NCBI GenBank assembly: GCA_951406725.2
Contig: OX597822.1
Span: forward strand, 92,442,001 to 92,506,000
Reading direction: 5' to 3'
DNA from: Octopus vulgaris
Taxonomy: Eukaryota
DNA length: 64,000 nucleotides
Shown: piece after piece, positions 30,512 to 45,149 of the stretch
Numbering within the stretch: position 1 is the first letter of the stretch
Layout of the letters: every line of letters starts with the position of its first letter
Translations under genes and position numbers: made by a program
Notes under the pieces: model-generated
What the model was told of the DNA's origin: nothing
Databases searched by the model: none
The model's input: only the letters and a program-made list of their open reading frames with translations

Positions 30512-31400
30512 AGAGGGTGTAAGGGACATTTGAGGGCACTTAGTTAACAGTATATTACTCACTTCAAACCAATTAAAAGGTTTTTATTTATTTCAGATTC
30601 CTCATGGCAGATAAAATGCTAACAAAAGAAATGAGAAGACATGTAGTCGTTGTTGCCCTATGTGAGGGACACAATTTAGAAATCACCAGCCTTCTAAATG
30701 TTGCAAAATCTTTTGTATGCAAAGTTTAGATAGAATTGGATGCCTTTGGCAAAAATGTCTTAACTGTATCAAAAATAATTCTAAACATTTGAATCCTATA
30801 AGGCTAGCATAATTTATCAAAGAGTTTGAAAATATTATTGATGATGATCCTGGAAAGTCAAAGAGGGTCATCATCAAAGAACTTCAGGTGTTGGAGTGGA
30901 CTATCAGAACTGTGGTGCATGTGGACAACTAATTGGAAAACTGTTTGATCTGTGCAAAGTAAGTTCTTAACAAGGTTTAAAAATTCTCATGAACATCACA
31001 TGCTTTAGTTCTTCTCTGAGGAGAAAAATTTCAACCAAGACCAAAAGTTTAACAGGAAAAATGACAGATGGTTATGTGCAGATCCTTCTGATGTCCCCAA
31101 AAGGATGAATACTAAGATTCCAGCAATAGTGAAGGTGTTAAGAATAGTAACAAAAGCCGTATCATGCCACCTCACAGGATTGTAAAATTAATATTGCCAG
31201 ATACATTGAGATACTAGAGAGTTTTCCAGCTTCAGATAAGTATGCAATGGAAGGCCAAACATGCTTCAACAAGATTCAACACTGCACAAAGCCCATGTAA
31301 ACCAAGAATGGATATTAGACAATCGTGTTACACCAAACTAGCCAGATTTAAATCCCATAACCTACTATGTTTGGAGCATTGTTGTAAGCAATACTAATGT
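30512..31400 (+). mobile_element. Decayed Tc1/mariner transposase, maT (DD37D)-like
   Basis: FFSEEKNFNQDQKFNRKNDRWLCADP, QQDS and PDLNP..YYVW fragments with many lesions. Confidence 0.75.
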
Positions 31401-31859
31401 ACATCATTCTAAGGTCTTACTAAATTTTTAACAAAGTTTTTCACAAAAAAGAAAAAGAAAGAAAATTTTTACAAGAAAAGGCATAAATTCTCTAATTTTG
31501 CTTAAAAGCTGTTTGAATAACGTAATTATTTGATTTGGGTTTTCCTTTTTATATATCCAAATAACTCTTCCATTCACATTTAGTTCCATTTCCTCTATTG
31601 CTTTACTTTAAACTGCTACAGGAGTTTCCTTGATAAAGAGAAAAAACTAAAAATTTCCAACTATAACAGATAATGTTCCATCCTGAATGTTGAATCCAAT
31701 GAGCAATATAACAACAGACTCTAAAGAAAAAAATACCCTAAAATAAATGACAGTTTATTACAGCATGCTGGTAGTGAGATAAGAAGTAAACTCATCCAAT
31801 TCAATAAAATTTTAAGAAATAAGCAGCCATAAAAATGGAAATGAGAAAAGGTAACATAC

Positions 31860-32035
31860 CGATCACTGTTGGCTAACTTTTCAAATTCTTTAACGTGAAT
31901 GCCTTTTCTCTGAATGTTATATTGAGTATACAATCCCTGACAACCACTCACTACCTGAGTGATTGGAGCAGGAACCATGAGATCAACATTTTCATAACCA
32001 ACACGTCTTGGAGTCCATTCTGGTGGTGGAATCAC
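31860..32035 (-). CDS. KDM4: KDM4 coding exon 2 ([11 protein letters not shown]...[11 protein letters not shown]...), 176 nt
   Basis: tatag acceptor, CG|gtatgt donor; end of JmjN and linker typical of KDM4. Confidence 0.96.
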
Positions 32036-32905
32036 CTATAAAATTATAAAGAGTAAAACTTATGTGACATACAAAAATAAATAGCTACAAGGTTTCACTA
32101 AGATGCTTCAGTAACAAATTTCAAATTAAATGTTGAATGGCAAAAAGTGTACTATTTTACTGATTCTAGTCAGTTGGCTGTGGCTGTACAGGAATGTCCT
32201 TATTTGATGAGGGAGGATTACTACTCCTAATCCAATAAAAACAAAACGAATTTCAAACTGTTTTTGAAACTCTGTGCAAATAGAGCTGGATTAATGCATC
32301 ACTCAATCTTGATGAATGAAGGTTTAGTGGTATGAAAGACATCTAACTGTTAAAACATTTGCTGCAACAAATAAACCATCCCACTCATACAAGAAAGTAA
32401 TATGACTACAAACACTAATTATACACACAATGATAATCAGCAGCAGCATTTTAATAACAGAATTTGTAGAGGTAGGTTTTCTACAACTGGATGCTCTTTC
32501 TGTTTCCAACCATCACCTGCTTAAGTAAGGTAATGTTTATCCATGGCAGATATGTTTTCACACAAGATGAAGAATACTGCTTGTATAATGGTAATGCTGT
32601 TTACAACCAACATATGATGACACAAGGAGACACCCCCCACACACACACACACAATGGGCTTTTTTCCATTTCCATCTACCAAATCCACTCACAAAAGTTT
32701 TGTAGACCCAGGGGTATAGTAGAAGACAAACCCCAAACCATATGATTGAGAAGTAAACTTCTCGACCACACAGTCACACCTGCACATTTTATATATATAT
32801 CCATTTATCATGCTGGCATGGGTTGGACAGTTTGATCAGAGCTGGCAAGCTCTGATGAAATCAGGTTCCAGTCTGATTTGGCTTGGTTTCTACAGCTGGA
32901 TACCT

Positions 32906-34747
32906 ATTCTGACATTAAATGAGTCAACTTCCGGTACAAATGTTTATGTTTGTATGTCTTTTTTCAACAAAAGAATTTCCAAAAATATTCTGGAAATGAT
33001 CTACTTATGTAATTTACACACCCCGTTAAAGTTCATTTTTATATTTACAAAAAAAAGTGCGTAAATTACATGGGCTTTTACGGTAGTTGTTTTCTGGAGT
33101 TTGTGTTCCATTGTATTCACTTCCACTTAAAACTACCACATTTTTTATCAAAAATAGAGTTATTATCCAGCGTTGCCCAGTAAAGTATTCACAGAATTGT
33201 TTGCTAGTTTGTAGAATGGGAATTCATGGTACTTATGCATGTATATGTATTTAACCTAACTTCTGAACTTATTTAATTGGAACTATCTAAACAATAGTAA
33301 TCAATTTAATGTCTGAAGCAAATTGTGACTAACAATCCAATATGGTGATGGATCTGGCCATGAATGACAATTGAGGGATTCCATATGTTCCTTTTAGAAA
33401 TAACTTCTTTCCCATCAAATGATGTCATTTAGAAGAGGCAGTTGTACTGTCTGATATTCTTCCTGAATTCTTTAGTAAGACAGTCAATCACTGTTGTATA
33501 AATGGATAAGTTCATTTGGTAGAGGTTGTAAATTGCCAATACAAAATTTTCCCTTCATGCAGCAGAAATTTGCAGTTTCGCCATGGAATAAGAATGCACA
33601 GCAGTAAGAGCATATTTAATTCATCACACCTACATCAGCAGAAAGAGTGGATCCGTTTCCTTCCAGTGCTCCCTATGTCCGTCTTTCTTTCTTCACCCTG
33701 TTGTTTAAGAGTCATGCAGCCCTATCTCAGGCATTTCTGCAAGTCTTCTGCTATTTGTGCTTTGTCTCACATCCTGGAGATGTGCATTCCTACCTTACTC
33801 AGTCTCTCCTTGCCTCCTTCTGTTGCATGACTGTTATTCTGCCATTGTTCTGCTATCATCTCAGCTGTTCCCTGTTGTCTCCTTACCCTTGCTTCTTCCC
33901 AACACCTTTTGGCATCATCTCTGGACCACGATGATTCCTGTCACTTTCCACAAGGCATAAATGATCAATGCTTACCATAAATCCTCGAGTAGAGTCTGCC
34001 CTTGAGTATAATACGCAGGGGATTTTTAGGGGGCTGTACCTCTGAAAAACCTAAACATTGTGTATAATACGCACCACTTCTCTAACTTGAGTCATGCGTA
34101 ATTAAGCCAGCAGCACCTAGTCGAACAAACACTTCCGCGCATGCGTAATACAATAATGGTGATGTTCTTAACTGTTATATGGGAATGTAAATATGTTTGC
34201 AAATTGTATTTGTTACACGTTATTCTGTGTTCTGAATACTTTTATTTTAATAAATGTTGCTTACTGCAAGTTATGGATGATTCTTTTACGACTTCATTGC
34301 TTTCATGCTCAGATTAAGGTATTTTCGCGCCCGACATCACAAAATGCGTCTGAATAAACATTGCCGGCCAGCAAATAGAGACTTGGACATTGCTTAGAAA
34401 ATATTTTTCATTTTTAACCTCGTATATAGTACGCACTAGGGATTTTGACCTTTAAATTTTGGGGAAGAAATCTGGATTATACTAGAGGATTTACGGTATT
34501 CTTTGTATGTAATGTTGTATTAAGAAAATTAAATCAAAACAACAAAGAGATTACAAATTTCAAATGAATGAAATGGAATAAAATCCAAAATGATGACACT
34601 ATAAGTAATATCTGCAAAAAAGATATTTCTCTATGTCAGTGTGCGTGTACGTCAAAAAGTGAGGGGGTTTTTTTGTTTTTGTTTTTTTTCTTAGAGTTAC
34701 AAAATGTAAACATTCATACCGGAAGTTGACTCATTTAATGTCAGAAT
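32906..34747. mobile_element. 1.84-kb segment bounded by a perfect 31-bp inverted repeat (putative DNA transposon)
   Basis: attctgacattaaatgagtcaacttccggta at 32906-32936; exact reverse complement at 34717-34747. Confidence 0.65.
33975..34496. mobile_element. 522-bp Tc1/mariner-superfamily (Tc2/pogo-like) MITE
   Basis: TA TSDs; TIRs CCATAAATCCTCGAGTA / CCGTAAATCCTCTAGTA. Confidence 0.85.
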
Positions 34748-36058
34748 GGGATTTACAGAAAAAATAAGGGCTTAAATCTAATGAAAATTTAATAAAATTT
34801 AATCATAAGAAAGTGAAATTATACTAAATACAACTAAATTGAAAACCTTTTTCCCCAGGTTATATCAGCAATTCTGAAAACTTTTGTATGCAAATTTTAC
34901 ATGAGTAGAAGCTTTTTTTAAACAATTTTTATCTTGAAAATCACCTGTTACTTTTATTTTAAAGCAAAAGAGAAGAGAATGCGAAAGATGTATGCACATG
35001 TATATGAAATGGACGCATGTGTGTGAGAGAGAGAGAGTGCCACTTACACATACATGAGAACACACATGTTCACTCACTCACTCTCTCTTTCTCTCTCACA
35101 CACACACATATGCTCACGTATATACAAAAAAGATGTACGCATATGCATTGATGTATGTACATATACATAACACACCCCTTCACTCACTTTCTCTCTTTTT
35201 CACACACACATGTCCATTTCATATACACGTACATATATCTTTCACTTTCTCCTCTCTTTCCCTCTAGCACAAAGGTAAATAAATAAATATTTTAACAGAA
35301 ATTAATGAACTCCGGATGACGAAATCACATTCAGTTAAAAATATTTCTAAAAATATTGTGTACGTCAAAAAGAGAGTGCAAAGACTATGTGTGTGTATAT
35401 GTCACAGATAGAAGATGTGTGCTTGTGTTGATTGACATGCCATAACATTCATTATGTGTGCGTATTCTGTATGTGTGTTGATGTCATGGAAGCCATGTAT
35501 TTTTTCAACAAACAAAAAATATGCTTAATCATTTAAATAGAAGTCCAAATATCACAAAAATTTGTATAGTACTGCCAAAGATAAGTATGAAAATAAATAT
35601 GCAAAATAAAATAAAATAAAATAAAATATACTATTTCTGAGATATTTTGGGTACACACAAACATCTCTAGAGTTTTAGTATTATTGAGATTTCTTAGTAA
35701 CTAAGGTGACAACAATACCTATGTATCTATTTTTCACTCTCTCTCAACAACCTTTTCTCATCCCATTCTTTTATTCAAAGTGAAAGTCTTTTTTAATACC
35801 TGTATTGCGTTTTACATTGTGATGTATATTTGATTCCTCCCCTTCTTTCCTTCCCTTTTATAGATGTGATGGACACTTGTCTTTTATAATATAAGATAAA
35901 GTATAGTCATCATTATTCATGTCAAATTCTATCCTGTTGGCCCACATGGAGAGTTGAAGTTTAAATACAATACTTTTTAAAAAGAAGATATGATATTGTA
36001 GTTGCTGAAAAATTTCTTTTTCTCTATACAGACAGACAGACAGAGAGGAATGCTTTAC

Positions 36059-36190
36059 CTTTGCCAAGCCAGCTTTATGAGCGCCTTGTGATTCCATATA
36101 ATTGACATATTTTCTGAAATCTTTGAATTCTTCCATGGTTGGTTTAAAGACCATAATCTTGGGAAAACTGCCACCACTACTTGACTCCAT
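36059..36190 (-). CDS. KDM4: KDM4 coding exon 1, JmjN ([44 protein letters not shown])
   Basis: JmjN consensus; AAG|gtaaag donor; ttttag acceptor 17 nt upstream of the ATG (exon probably starts at 36207). Confidence 0.95.
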
Positions 36191-37589
36191 GTCTGAAACA
36201 TCACACTCTAAAATTAAAAGAAAAATAACAATGAAATAAAAACAATGTTTTCTTTAATTGACATGTATTGATAAAGTAAAACTTTATTAGAAACTACAAC
36301 ATTGGGAATGATAATTCCTTAGATTCAAATTCAATCAAACCAATTCCATGTACTAATAGTTCTTTTAGTGTCATAAAGTTGGCTTGAGTGACACTTGAAG
36401 TGAGGATTTCAATAAATTTCAATAAATTTCAATGAAAAGTGAAACAAATCCTTCACCAGACTGAGTAAAAAGTTAAGGTAGAGTGGTTTGTAAGTGTGTT
36501 TATATTATTTGAACTAAAATCTATGGTTTCCCTTCAGGTTTTAGCATTTTTAAATACTTCTTACAAATATTTCATTCCAGCAATAACACACAATTTACAA
36601 TTCTATAAAATATATAGCTGACAAAAGAAGTTTGGAAGTTCTTTTATCTTTTACTTGTTTCATGCTGGAGCACCACACTGAAGAATTTTATTTTAGTCGA
36701 AAGAATCAACCCTGGTAGTTCTTTTTTTTTTTAAGCCTGGTACTTATTCTATCAGTCACTTTTGTCAAACTGCTAAGTTATGCGGTCATAAACACATAAG
36801 CAGCGGTTGTCAGCTGTGATGGGAGACAAACACCAACACAATGATGTGTGCACGCACACACACACACACACACACACATTTTTATTTACTTATTTATATC
36901 TTAAAATAAAAAGCCAGAAATATTGTAATTACAGTTACCCAGGGTTTCCTGGTTGAAATAATAATTTATTCTGCCATTTATCAAGTTGAAAACAAGATTT
37001 GTAATGAAAACAAACAGAAAAACACAAGGGCGACAACCAAAGTCACAATAATTTGATGTCAAGCAAATGTAAACCATGTTAATAATTCATTAAGTGTCTG
37101 GTAGTCTACTTTTAAACTTTGACAAGATTTCCTGACATGTGAACATACAGAAAAAAATCTCGTTCCTCAAATTTATGTATATGTTGGAGGCTCTCAAGAT
37201 TTTAATAGATAGTTTTTCAAGGAAACACACTGAACATTTTTTTGGACCCATTAATACAGGTCTGGATTTAGAGAGGATTTTCCATTACATTCTGAAACTG
37301 TACCATCCAGATTAAAGCCAGCCAAAAGGGTTGTTGAATGTCTCTAATCATGGTACCCAAAATTCAAAAGATGGTTCTAATATCTAGCTTTAAATTTTCC
37401 TTCCACAGCTCCAATATAACGCTTGATGTTTGTGCAACCATTGTTATAGTTTGCTGAAATTTGTGCTTCATAAACAACAGAAGATATATTGCACTCAAAC
37501 CTGCCCCAGATGCACGTGCATTTTCACAACTCTATTGGGGCACTTGCAAGTAGCTATGCCTGATGAGTTCTTTGGAACCAAAGCTATGC

Positions 37590-37802
37590 ACAAAGAAATG
37601 GAAATTACTGATAGCATCAAAATACTGGAAACTGATGTAATATCATCCATTGATGAAATGAACTAAAACTCAGCCACAGGACCTGATGGATTCCCAGTAA
37701 TCCTCCAAAAGAAATGCAAAAGGGCTCTAGCAAGATCACTTTAAATTCTCTTCCAGAGCTTCTTTGCAACTGGGACACTTACCAAAAAGTTAAAGGAAGA
37801 GA
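37590..37802 (+). mobile_element. CR1/L2-like pre-RT fragment
   Basis: DVISSIDEMN*NSATGPDGFPVIL. Confidence 0.75.
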
Positions 37803-39013
37803 TCATCATCATCATCTAGTGTTTAAAATCCAGGTTCTGTCCCCGTTAAATGGGATGGCCGGATCTACTTCAATGGTATAACAACCACCCTCACACCATC
37901 TCACCCGATTTGGGGCATCCTCCTTTTTCAAACCAACCTTCTCAAGCTCCTCCTCCACTGGTCCACTCCACCTCTTCTTTGGACTACCTTGTTTTCAAGG
38001 TCCATTTACCTAAAACGCAATCATACTCTACCATCATGCCAAAGACCACCATGGAGGCAACTTGGGTCAACTTGACATCCGCATCTTATCCAAGCACCCA
38101 AAAGACCCAACACTCAGACAAATACGGGAATACGTCCTTATAAATGAAACCTCCCCAATACTAAATAGGAAATATACATAGTAGATATGATACCTCCATA
38201 CCCACAGTTTACACAGGTGGAGTAGAATAGTTAGTGGACTGCTATGTAGATTTATGTAGATAGATGTGTGTAGGGGGGTGATTGTGTGCGTATGCACATG
38301 TATTTTTTTTTTCGTATGTAAGCATATACACACACATACACATGTATACATACGACGGGCTTCTTTCAGTTTCCATCTACCAAATCCATTCACAAGGCTT
38401 TGGTCGGTCTGAGGTTATAGTAGAAGACACTTGCCCAAGGTGCCAGCAGTGGGACTGTACCCGGAACCATGTGGTTGGTAAGCAAGCTACTTACCACACA
38501 GCCACTCCTACAACATACACAGACATACTCAAGCACACATGCATACACACAACAAAATGCACACATAACCCGACACACATCTCCACGTTCACACACATAT
38601 ATACGCATGCACACACATACACACATGCACACACGCACATATACACATGCACATACATACGCACAAAATACATGCACACACTCATACATACACACACAAT
38701 TATACATACATGTATACACACATACAAACACACATACACAAAGTAAAGCAGTTACTCCCTCCACACACAACAGCTACACATACACACACGAACACACACA
38801 CACATACATACATACATACACACACTACATATACATACATGCACACACAAATACTTCAAACTACCAGTACCTTCCACTGACCATTCTCTTAAGCACACAT
38901 AGGTGGACACACAACAGAAGCCACTCCTATAACTTTTTCCTATGACCTTGAACAATACTAAGCCCAACCACACACATAAACAGCCACAACCACACACACG
39001 CACACATGCTATC

Positions 39014-39054
<41 letters not shown>

Positions 39055-39144
39055 CTGCACACACACACATACCCACACATACTTCCTCTTGCACTCTCCG
39101 TCTTTGAAAGAACTTTTTCTTCACCCATTCTCTTCCGGTCATTC

Positions 39145-39362
39145 GATATGTGACTGTGTGTGTATCATTAGCGATTTTCTTTCTCTGTCTTCCCTTCCTT
39201 GGACCTTTCCTTTTTCTATCTTTCCGACGAAGCACTCTGCCCAAAAAGTTAAATCCTCCTTCTTTCTTTCCTTTCCAGAATGTCCAATAACACTATACTT
39301 GTTCCACGTCCTCGCCTCGTGCTTTCTCTTTGTGTTTTCATGTTTTCATGTTTGAATTAACT
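39145..39362 (+). mobile_element. PLE pLTR-like repeat with a decayed mini-hammerhead (39221-39253)
   Basis: Related to 44617-44820 (+) and 42780-42923 (-). Confidence 0.65.
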
Positions 39363-39496
39363 ATATATATATATATATATATTAATTTAAATAATAAGGG
39401 TGAAAAATTAAATATTTGATTAATATCAATTTAAAACTAGTGGCCTAGCACACTGAAAAATCTGAAAATGCAGAAAAATTATATTACATACATATA

Positions 39497-39532
<36 letters not shown>

Positions 39533-40336
39533 AATAAATATACATAGGTGTGTAGATATATATATATATATATGCGCGGCTTGTGCGTTCTATGCACGCG
39601 CGAATTAAGCTAAACTTGGATGAAGTTCAATCAAAATTCAGTTATTTTGGTTTTAAAATCAAGCATTTAATGCCCTCTATTTTTGCGCTTATGTGTTCCA
39701 TTTCCTCAATAGGAAGTACGTAGAAGCGTTCCATAAATTTTTGTTAATCAAATAATTGCATCGTTGAATTATTCTTTTAGATCAGTATTTCTCAACAGGG
39801 ATTTCAGGGAGTCGCTGGCGATGTATCGTGATGATCAAAAATCCGGCCTGCTAAAATTTGGTTAAAGTGATTCAAACTGCAGACTCAACGCAAAATGGTC
39901 ACATTTAATTCAAAGCGTTAAAAATGTTATAAAAACAATTGGTATGTGTTCACAAAGTCCAAACGATTAATATGAAAAACCCTCCAGGCTACATCCCGAA
40001 AATTAATTTCTTTGCCAAATTTCTACAATGTTTACGGCGATTCGTTTTTATATCTTGATTTTATATTTTTCATGCAATTTATGCATGCTTGCACGCGTGG
40101 TGAACACAGTTCACGTCAAACAGCTGAGTGAGTAAAGTCCACTATTCAATGCATGGGATAAGGCCTAAACAAACACATTATAGATTTTTGCACTTGCAAG
40201 ATTAATTTCGGAACAGAAATAGCGCAGTTCAATTTTCATTCGCCTAAACTTTAAAGTGACCCATTTTTGGTGGTTCTAGGAGGAGGTGTGCCGGGAAGTT
40301 AAACACACAGACACACAAATTGAGTTTTATATATAT

Positions 40337-40797
40337 ACTCTTTACTCTTTTACTTTTTACTTATTTCAGTCATTTGACTGCGGCCATGCTGGAGCACCAC
40401 CTTTAGTCGAGCAAATCGACCCCAGGACTTTGTTGGCTAACCGGAGGGGACATAAACACACCAGCATCGGTTGTCAAGCCGGGAGACAAACACAGACACA
40501 CAAACACATTAAACACACAGACACACAAACGCAGAGGACTGAACCCGGAACCATGTGGTTGGTTAGCAAGCTACTTACCACACAGCCACTCCTGCACCTA
40601 TATATATATATCATCATCATCATTATCGTTTAACGTCCATTTTCTGTGCTAGCACAGGTTGGACAGTTCAACCGGGGTCTGGGAAGCCAGGAGGCTGCAC
40701 CAGGCTCCAGTCTGATCTGGCAGTGTTTCTACAGCTGGGTGCCCTTCCTAACACCAACCACTCTGTGAGTGGGTGCTTTTTACGTGCCACCGGCACA
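40337..40797 (-). mobile_element. Internally deleted tRNA-SINE (40337-40598) and an RTE 3' fragment (40611-40797)
   Basis: Homology to other copies in the window. Confidence 0.85.
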
Positions 40798-40816
40798 ATA
40801 TATATATATATGTATA

Positions 40817-40867
<51 letters not shown>

Positions 40868-40926
40868 ACATGTGTGTGTGTATATATGTGTATATATATA
40901 TCTATGCATATATGTGTGTATATATA

Positions 40927-40963
<37 letters not shown>

Positions 40964-41000
40964 GTACATATGTATACATATGTATATATATAAATGTATG

Positions 41001-41044
<44 letters not shown>

Positions 41045-41134
41045 TGAATGTATATTTGTACATATGTGTATATATATATATGTTTATATGGCACTGTCAA
41101 TGTTGGTACACTGAAAGGTAGGTCTAGTGAGATA

Positions 41135-42290
41135 CTTTTTCCAACAAACAATTATTTCCTCTTCGGAAATACACACTACCGTCAAAAATGCGGTATTGCG
41201 ATGGGTACCAAGGCTGCACAAGTCCTTGCGAACTATCACTCTATGAGATATCACACCAGAAATTTGGACACGTTTTCCACATCTACTTAAGGGAAAACAG
41301 GAAAAGATACTTAGATGATTGGTTCATCATATGGAAAGAATCTTATGAAAAGTTTCTGGAATTCAAAACTACACTGAACAACATACATCCCAACATTCAA
41401 TTCACTATGGAATTCAGCAAACATCATCTCCCTTTCCTTGATCTCCTAATTATAAAAACACCTAACAACCAAATCATAACAGACATCTACCACAAACCTA
41501 CGGACTCACAACAATACCTCCTCTTCAGCTCATGCCACCCAAAACACACTGAGATAAATATCCCTTTCAACTTAGCTAAAAGGGTATGCACCATTGTCTC
41601 GGATCCAAAAACTCGAGAAATACGCCTTCAAGACCTCAAAAAAACACTATTACAACGCCAATATCCCTCCACACTCATAGAGTATGGAATAAAACATGCC
41701 AAAGAACTAGACAATAATACACTGAAAACCACCCAACACAATTACACACACTACTCCCAAATACTTCCATACATTTCCACCCACAACCCCAAAAATATCA
41801 AAGCATACACCACAATCATACAAAACCTCCCCAGACCCAAAAATGAATAATATTATCAATACACATAAAATCCTTAAATGCAAAAGACAACATAAATCTT
41901 TGAAAAACTTTTGACAAATGCCAAACTTCACACACCACATCCACCCCCATCAGTTAAAAAATGTGCACGCCCTAACTGTGGTACTTGCCCCTTCCTACTT
42001 GAAGGCTCTTAATTTACTTTCAAACAAGGAACCAACACAATTATGTTGGACAAATGAGCCTTCCTTTATGTAGAACAGTAGCAGTCCGTAAAGAACAGAT
42101 AAATCTTCCACAATACTGTCAAATTCCACTAAGTAGCCATATAGACTCTTGCGCTAGAGGCAAAAATCCTAAATTTCACATATTCCTTTTCTACCAATGT
42201 AAATACGGAATCTCTACACAAGAAAGAATCAACAAGGAGGATCTTTTTATTGAAAAATTCCAAACGCATCTTAATATGCAAACTCCATGA
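41135..42290 (+). mobile_element. Penelope-like retroelement remnant: RT, Cys linker and partial GIY-YIG (Neptune-like)
   Basis: GIAMGT, RYLDD, IQFTME, LPFLD, YHKPT, SCHP; KKCARPNCGTC; YVGQ; frameshifted. Confidence 0.9.
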
Positions 42291-43443
42291 TGACCATACT
42301 CCTTTTCCTAGCATCCCATCTGACAAAAAATTTATATAAGCATCCTGTTTGACAAAACATCCATCATTCCAATTGAAGAGCATAAAATCCACAGAGTTGT
42401 CTCACCTTACTCACAGGAACTAGATAACTCCTACCCCATTACCTGTTTTGACACTCTTTTACCAAACACTTTAAACTAAGGACCACTTTTAATCACATGG
42501 ATCTTAATCGTCCAACGAAAATTTTCCAAGGACTATTATAGAACTCTAAAAGTATAAAGACTCTACAATGTATCAGTATACTTATTTATCAATTTTTGTA
42601 TATATTTATATATACAGCATATATACATATATATGCTATATAGGTATATGTATATATATCTATATATATTGCTACAAAAAGCTTTTTACATACTGATATA
42701 TCTCTCTCTATATATATATAGCTACATATAACTATACACATACCGATATACCTATATATACATATATGAATATATCAGTATAGTGTAATTGAACGCCCAT
42801 GAAAGGAAAGAGGAGGATTTCATGTTTCGAGCAGAGCTCTTTGTCAGAAATATAGAAAAAGAAAAAGTTCAAGGAATGGAACATGGAGAAAGAAAATCGC
42901 CAAAGATAGAAACGCGGTCACATATATATATATGAATAAATGTATAAATATGCATACACACACACACACATATATATATATAGATATATATGTATATTTA
43001 TAAATATATGCATACACACACACACATATATATATAGATATATATATATGTATATTTATATGTATATGCATATATTTATACATAAATGTATAAATATATA
43101 CATATATATATCTATATATATATACACATACATATATTTGTATCCAGGCACACGCTTTTTAGTTGAGGGATTGATGGAGTTCGTTTTTTTTGGTGTGGGT
43201 GTTTGTGGGATCGCGTTGGCGCGCGCCTAGGGTGTGGCCGGCCCCATGTGAGTGCGTTGTGTGCGTGTGAATACATACATACACACATACATGCATGCAC
43301 ACGCGCACACATACATACCTACATACATACACACACATACATACCTACACACATACACACACATACATACACAAGACATACATACATATAGACATACACC
43401 CATACACTCACACATACATACACACACACATACATACACACAC

Positions 43444-43475
<32 letters not shown>

Positions 43476-44688
43476 GCACACACACATACATACGCACATG
43501 CATGCATACATACATACATACACACACACACATACATACACACATACACACACCACATACATACATACATACATACACGCACACACAAATACACACATAT
43601 ACACACACACATACTTACATACACTCATATGGACATACATACACACAGACATTCACACATACATACATACACACACATACCTACATACACACTCGTATGC
43701 ACACGCACACACATGCATGCACACATATATACATGCATGCACGCATGCCTGTGGGGTCTGGCTTCATTTCGGGCGTACGTCTGGGCGTGTGCATGTGTGC
43801 CTGTAGATTCGCATGCGCCCGCACCACGATAGTCTTTTCCATCAATCTTTCAGTTGCGAAGTGTGTCCTTGCATGCATATATATACACACATATAAACCC
43901 CTACATTTGTACACACACGCACATACATACATACATTCACTCCCACGCACAAACACACACTAATTCACATACACACCGACACATATACATACACACAACA
44001 TATACCTCCACGCGCACGCACACCAAAACATGCACACACATACGCACGCACACACGCAAAAAGAAACTCACAACCCCACGGACACACGCATATACATCCA
44101 TTTACGCCTACACACACACATACAAACGCACACATACACGCACATACATACACATGCACACACATACATCCCATACGGCACTCAACGATACATACACACA
44201 CACACATACATACATGCACACAATCATACATACGTATATATACACAAACACGCATGTACAAGCACACACGCACACATACACTAAGTTAAGCACAGTTACT
44301 CGCCATACACACAAAAAACGCACACGTACACACACACATACTACAACAAAACACACACACGATACATATACACGCACACACACATACCTCCTTGTTTCTG
44401 ACCTGCCTTTCTGACTTGCTAGGGTACCCCCACCAACTCCTCAATTCCACTCCTTGATTCTACTACTGCCAGCTACTAGCCATTATCCACCATACACACA
44501 CACGCACATACACACCCTTGTCATCTTGCACACCTTTTTTACCATTCCTTCTTTGATTCAGCTCTCTTGTTTTTAAAAAACATTTTCCTCCATTTTAACC
44601 ACTTCCGTCTTTTTAGTATGTGACCTCGTGAATACTACCTGCAATTTTTTTCCTCTGTCCTCCCGTCTCGGGATCTTTCTTTCCCTAT

Positions 44689-44723
44689 GTTTCCAACGAA
44701 GAGCTCCGCTTGAAACGTCAAAC
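44689..44723 (+). ncRNA. Decayed minimal hammerhead in a pLTR-like repeat; inverted partner at 42818-42850
   Basis: gttt-CCAACGA-a gagc tcc gctt-GAAAC-GTC-aaac; partner reads ttt-CTGACAA-a gagc tct gctc-GAAAC-ATG-aaa. Confidence 0.65.
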
Positions 44724-44814
44724 CCTCCTTCTTCCTTCTTTCCTGAGCGTCCAATAATACTTTATTTGTTCCACATCCTTGCATTGTTGTCTTTTTGTTT
44801 TCTTGTTTGGATTA

Positions 44815-44864
<50 letters not shown>

Positions 44865-44952
44865 TATAAATGTATAAATATATGCATATATAAATGTATA
44901 AATGTATGCATATACACATATACATATATATATATATATAAATGTATAAATA

Positions 44953-44983
<31 letters not shown>

Positions 44984-45149
44984 GTATAAATGTATAAATA
45001 TAGATATAAATGTATAAATATATGCATATACATATATATGTATAAATTGTATAAATATATATATAAATGTATAAATATATATATGTATATATATATATAA
45101 ATGTATAAATATATAAATATACATATACACATATAGTGACAAGTAAGCG

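Noticed and set aside
37553-37595. CTGATGAG-ttc-tttg-gaac hammerhead-like start
   Set aside because: Followed by CAAAG rather than GAAA, with no stem I or III; lies at a LINE fragment junction.
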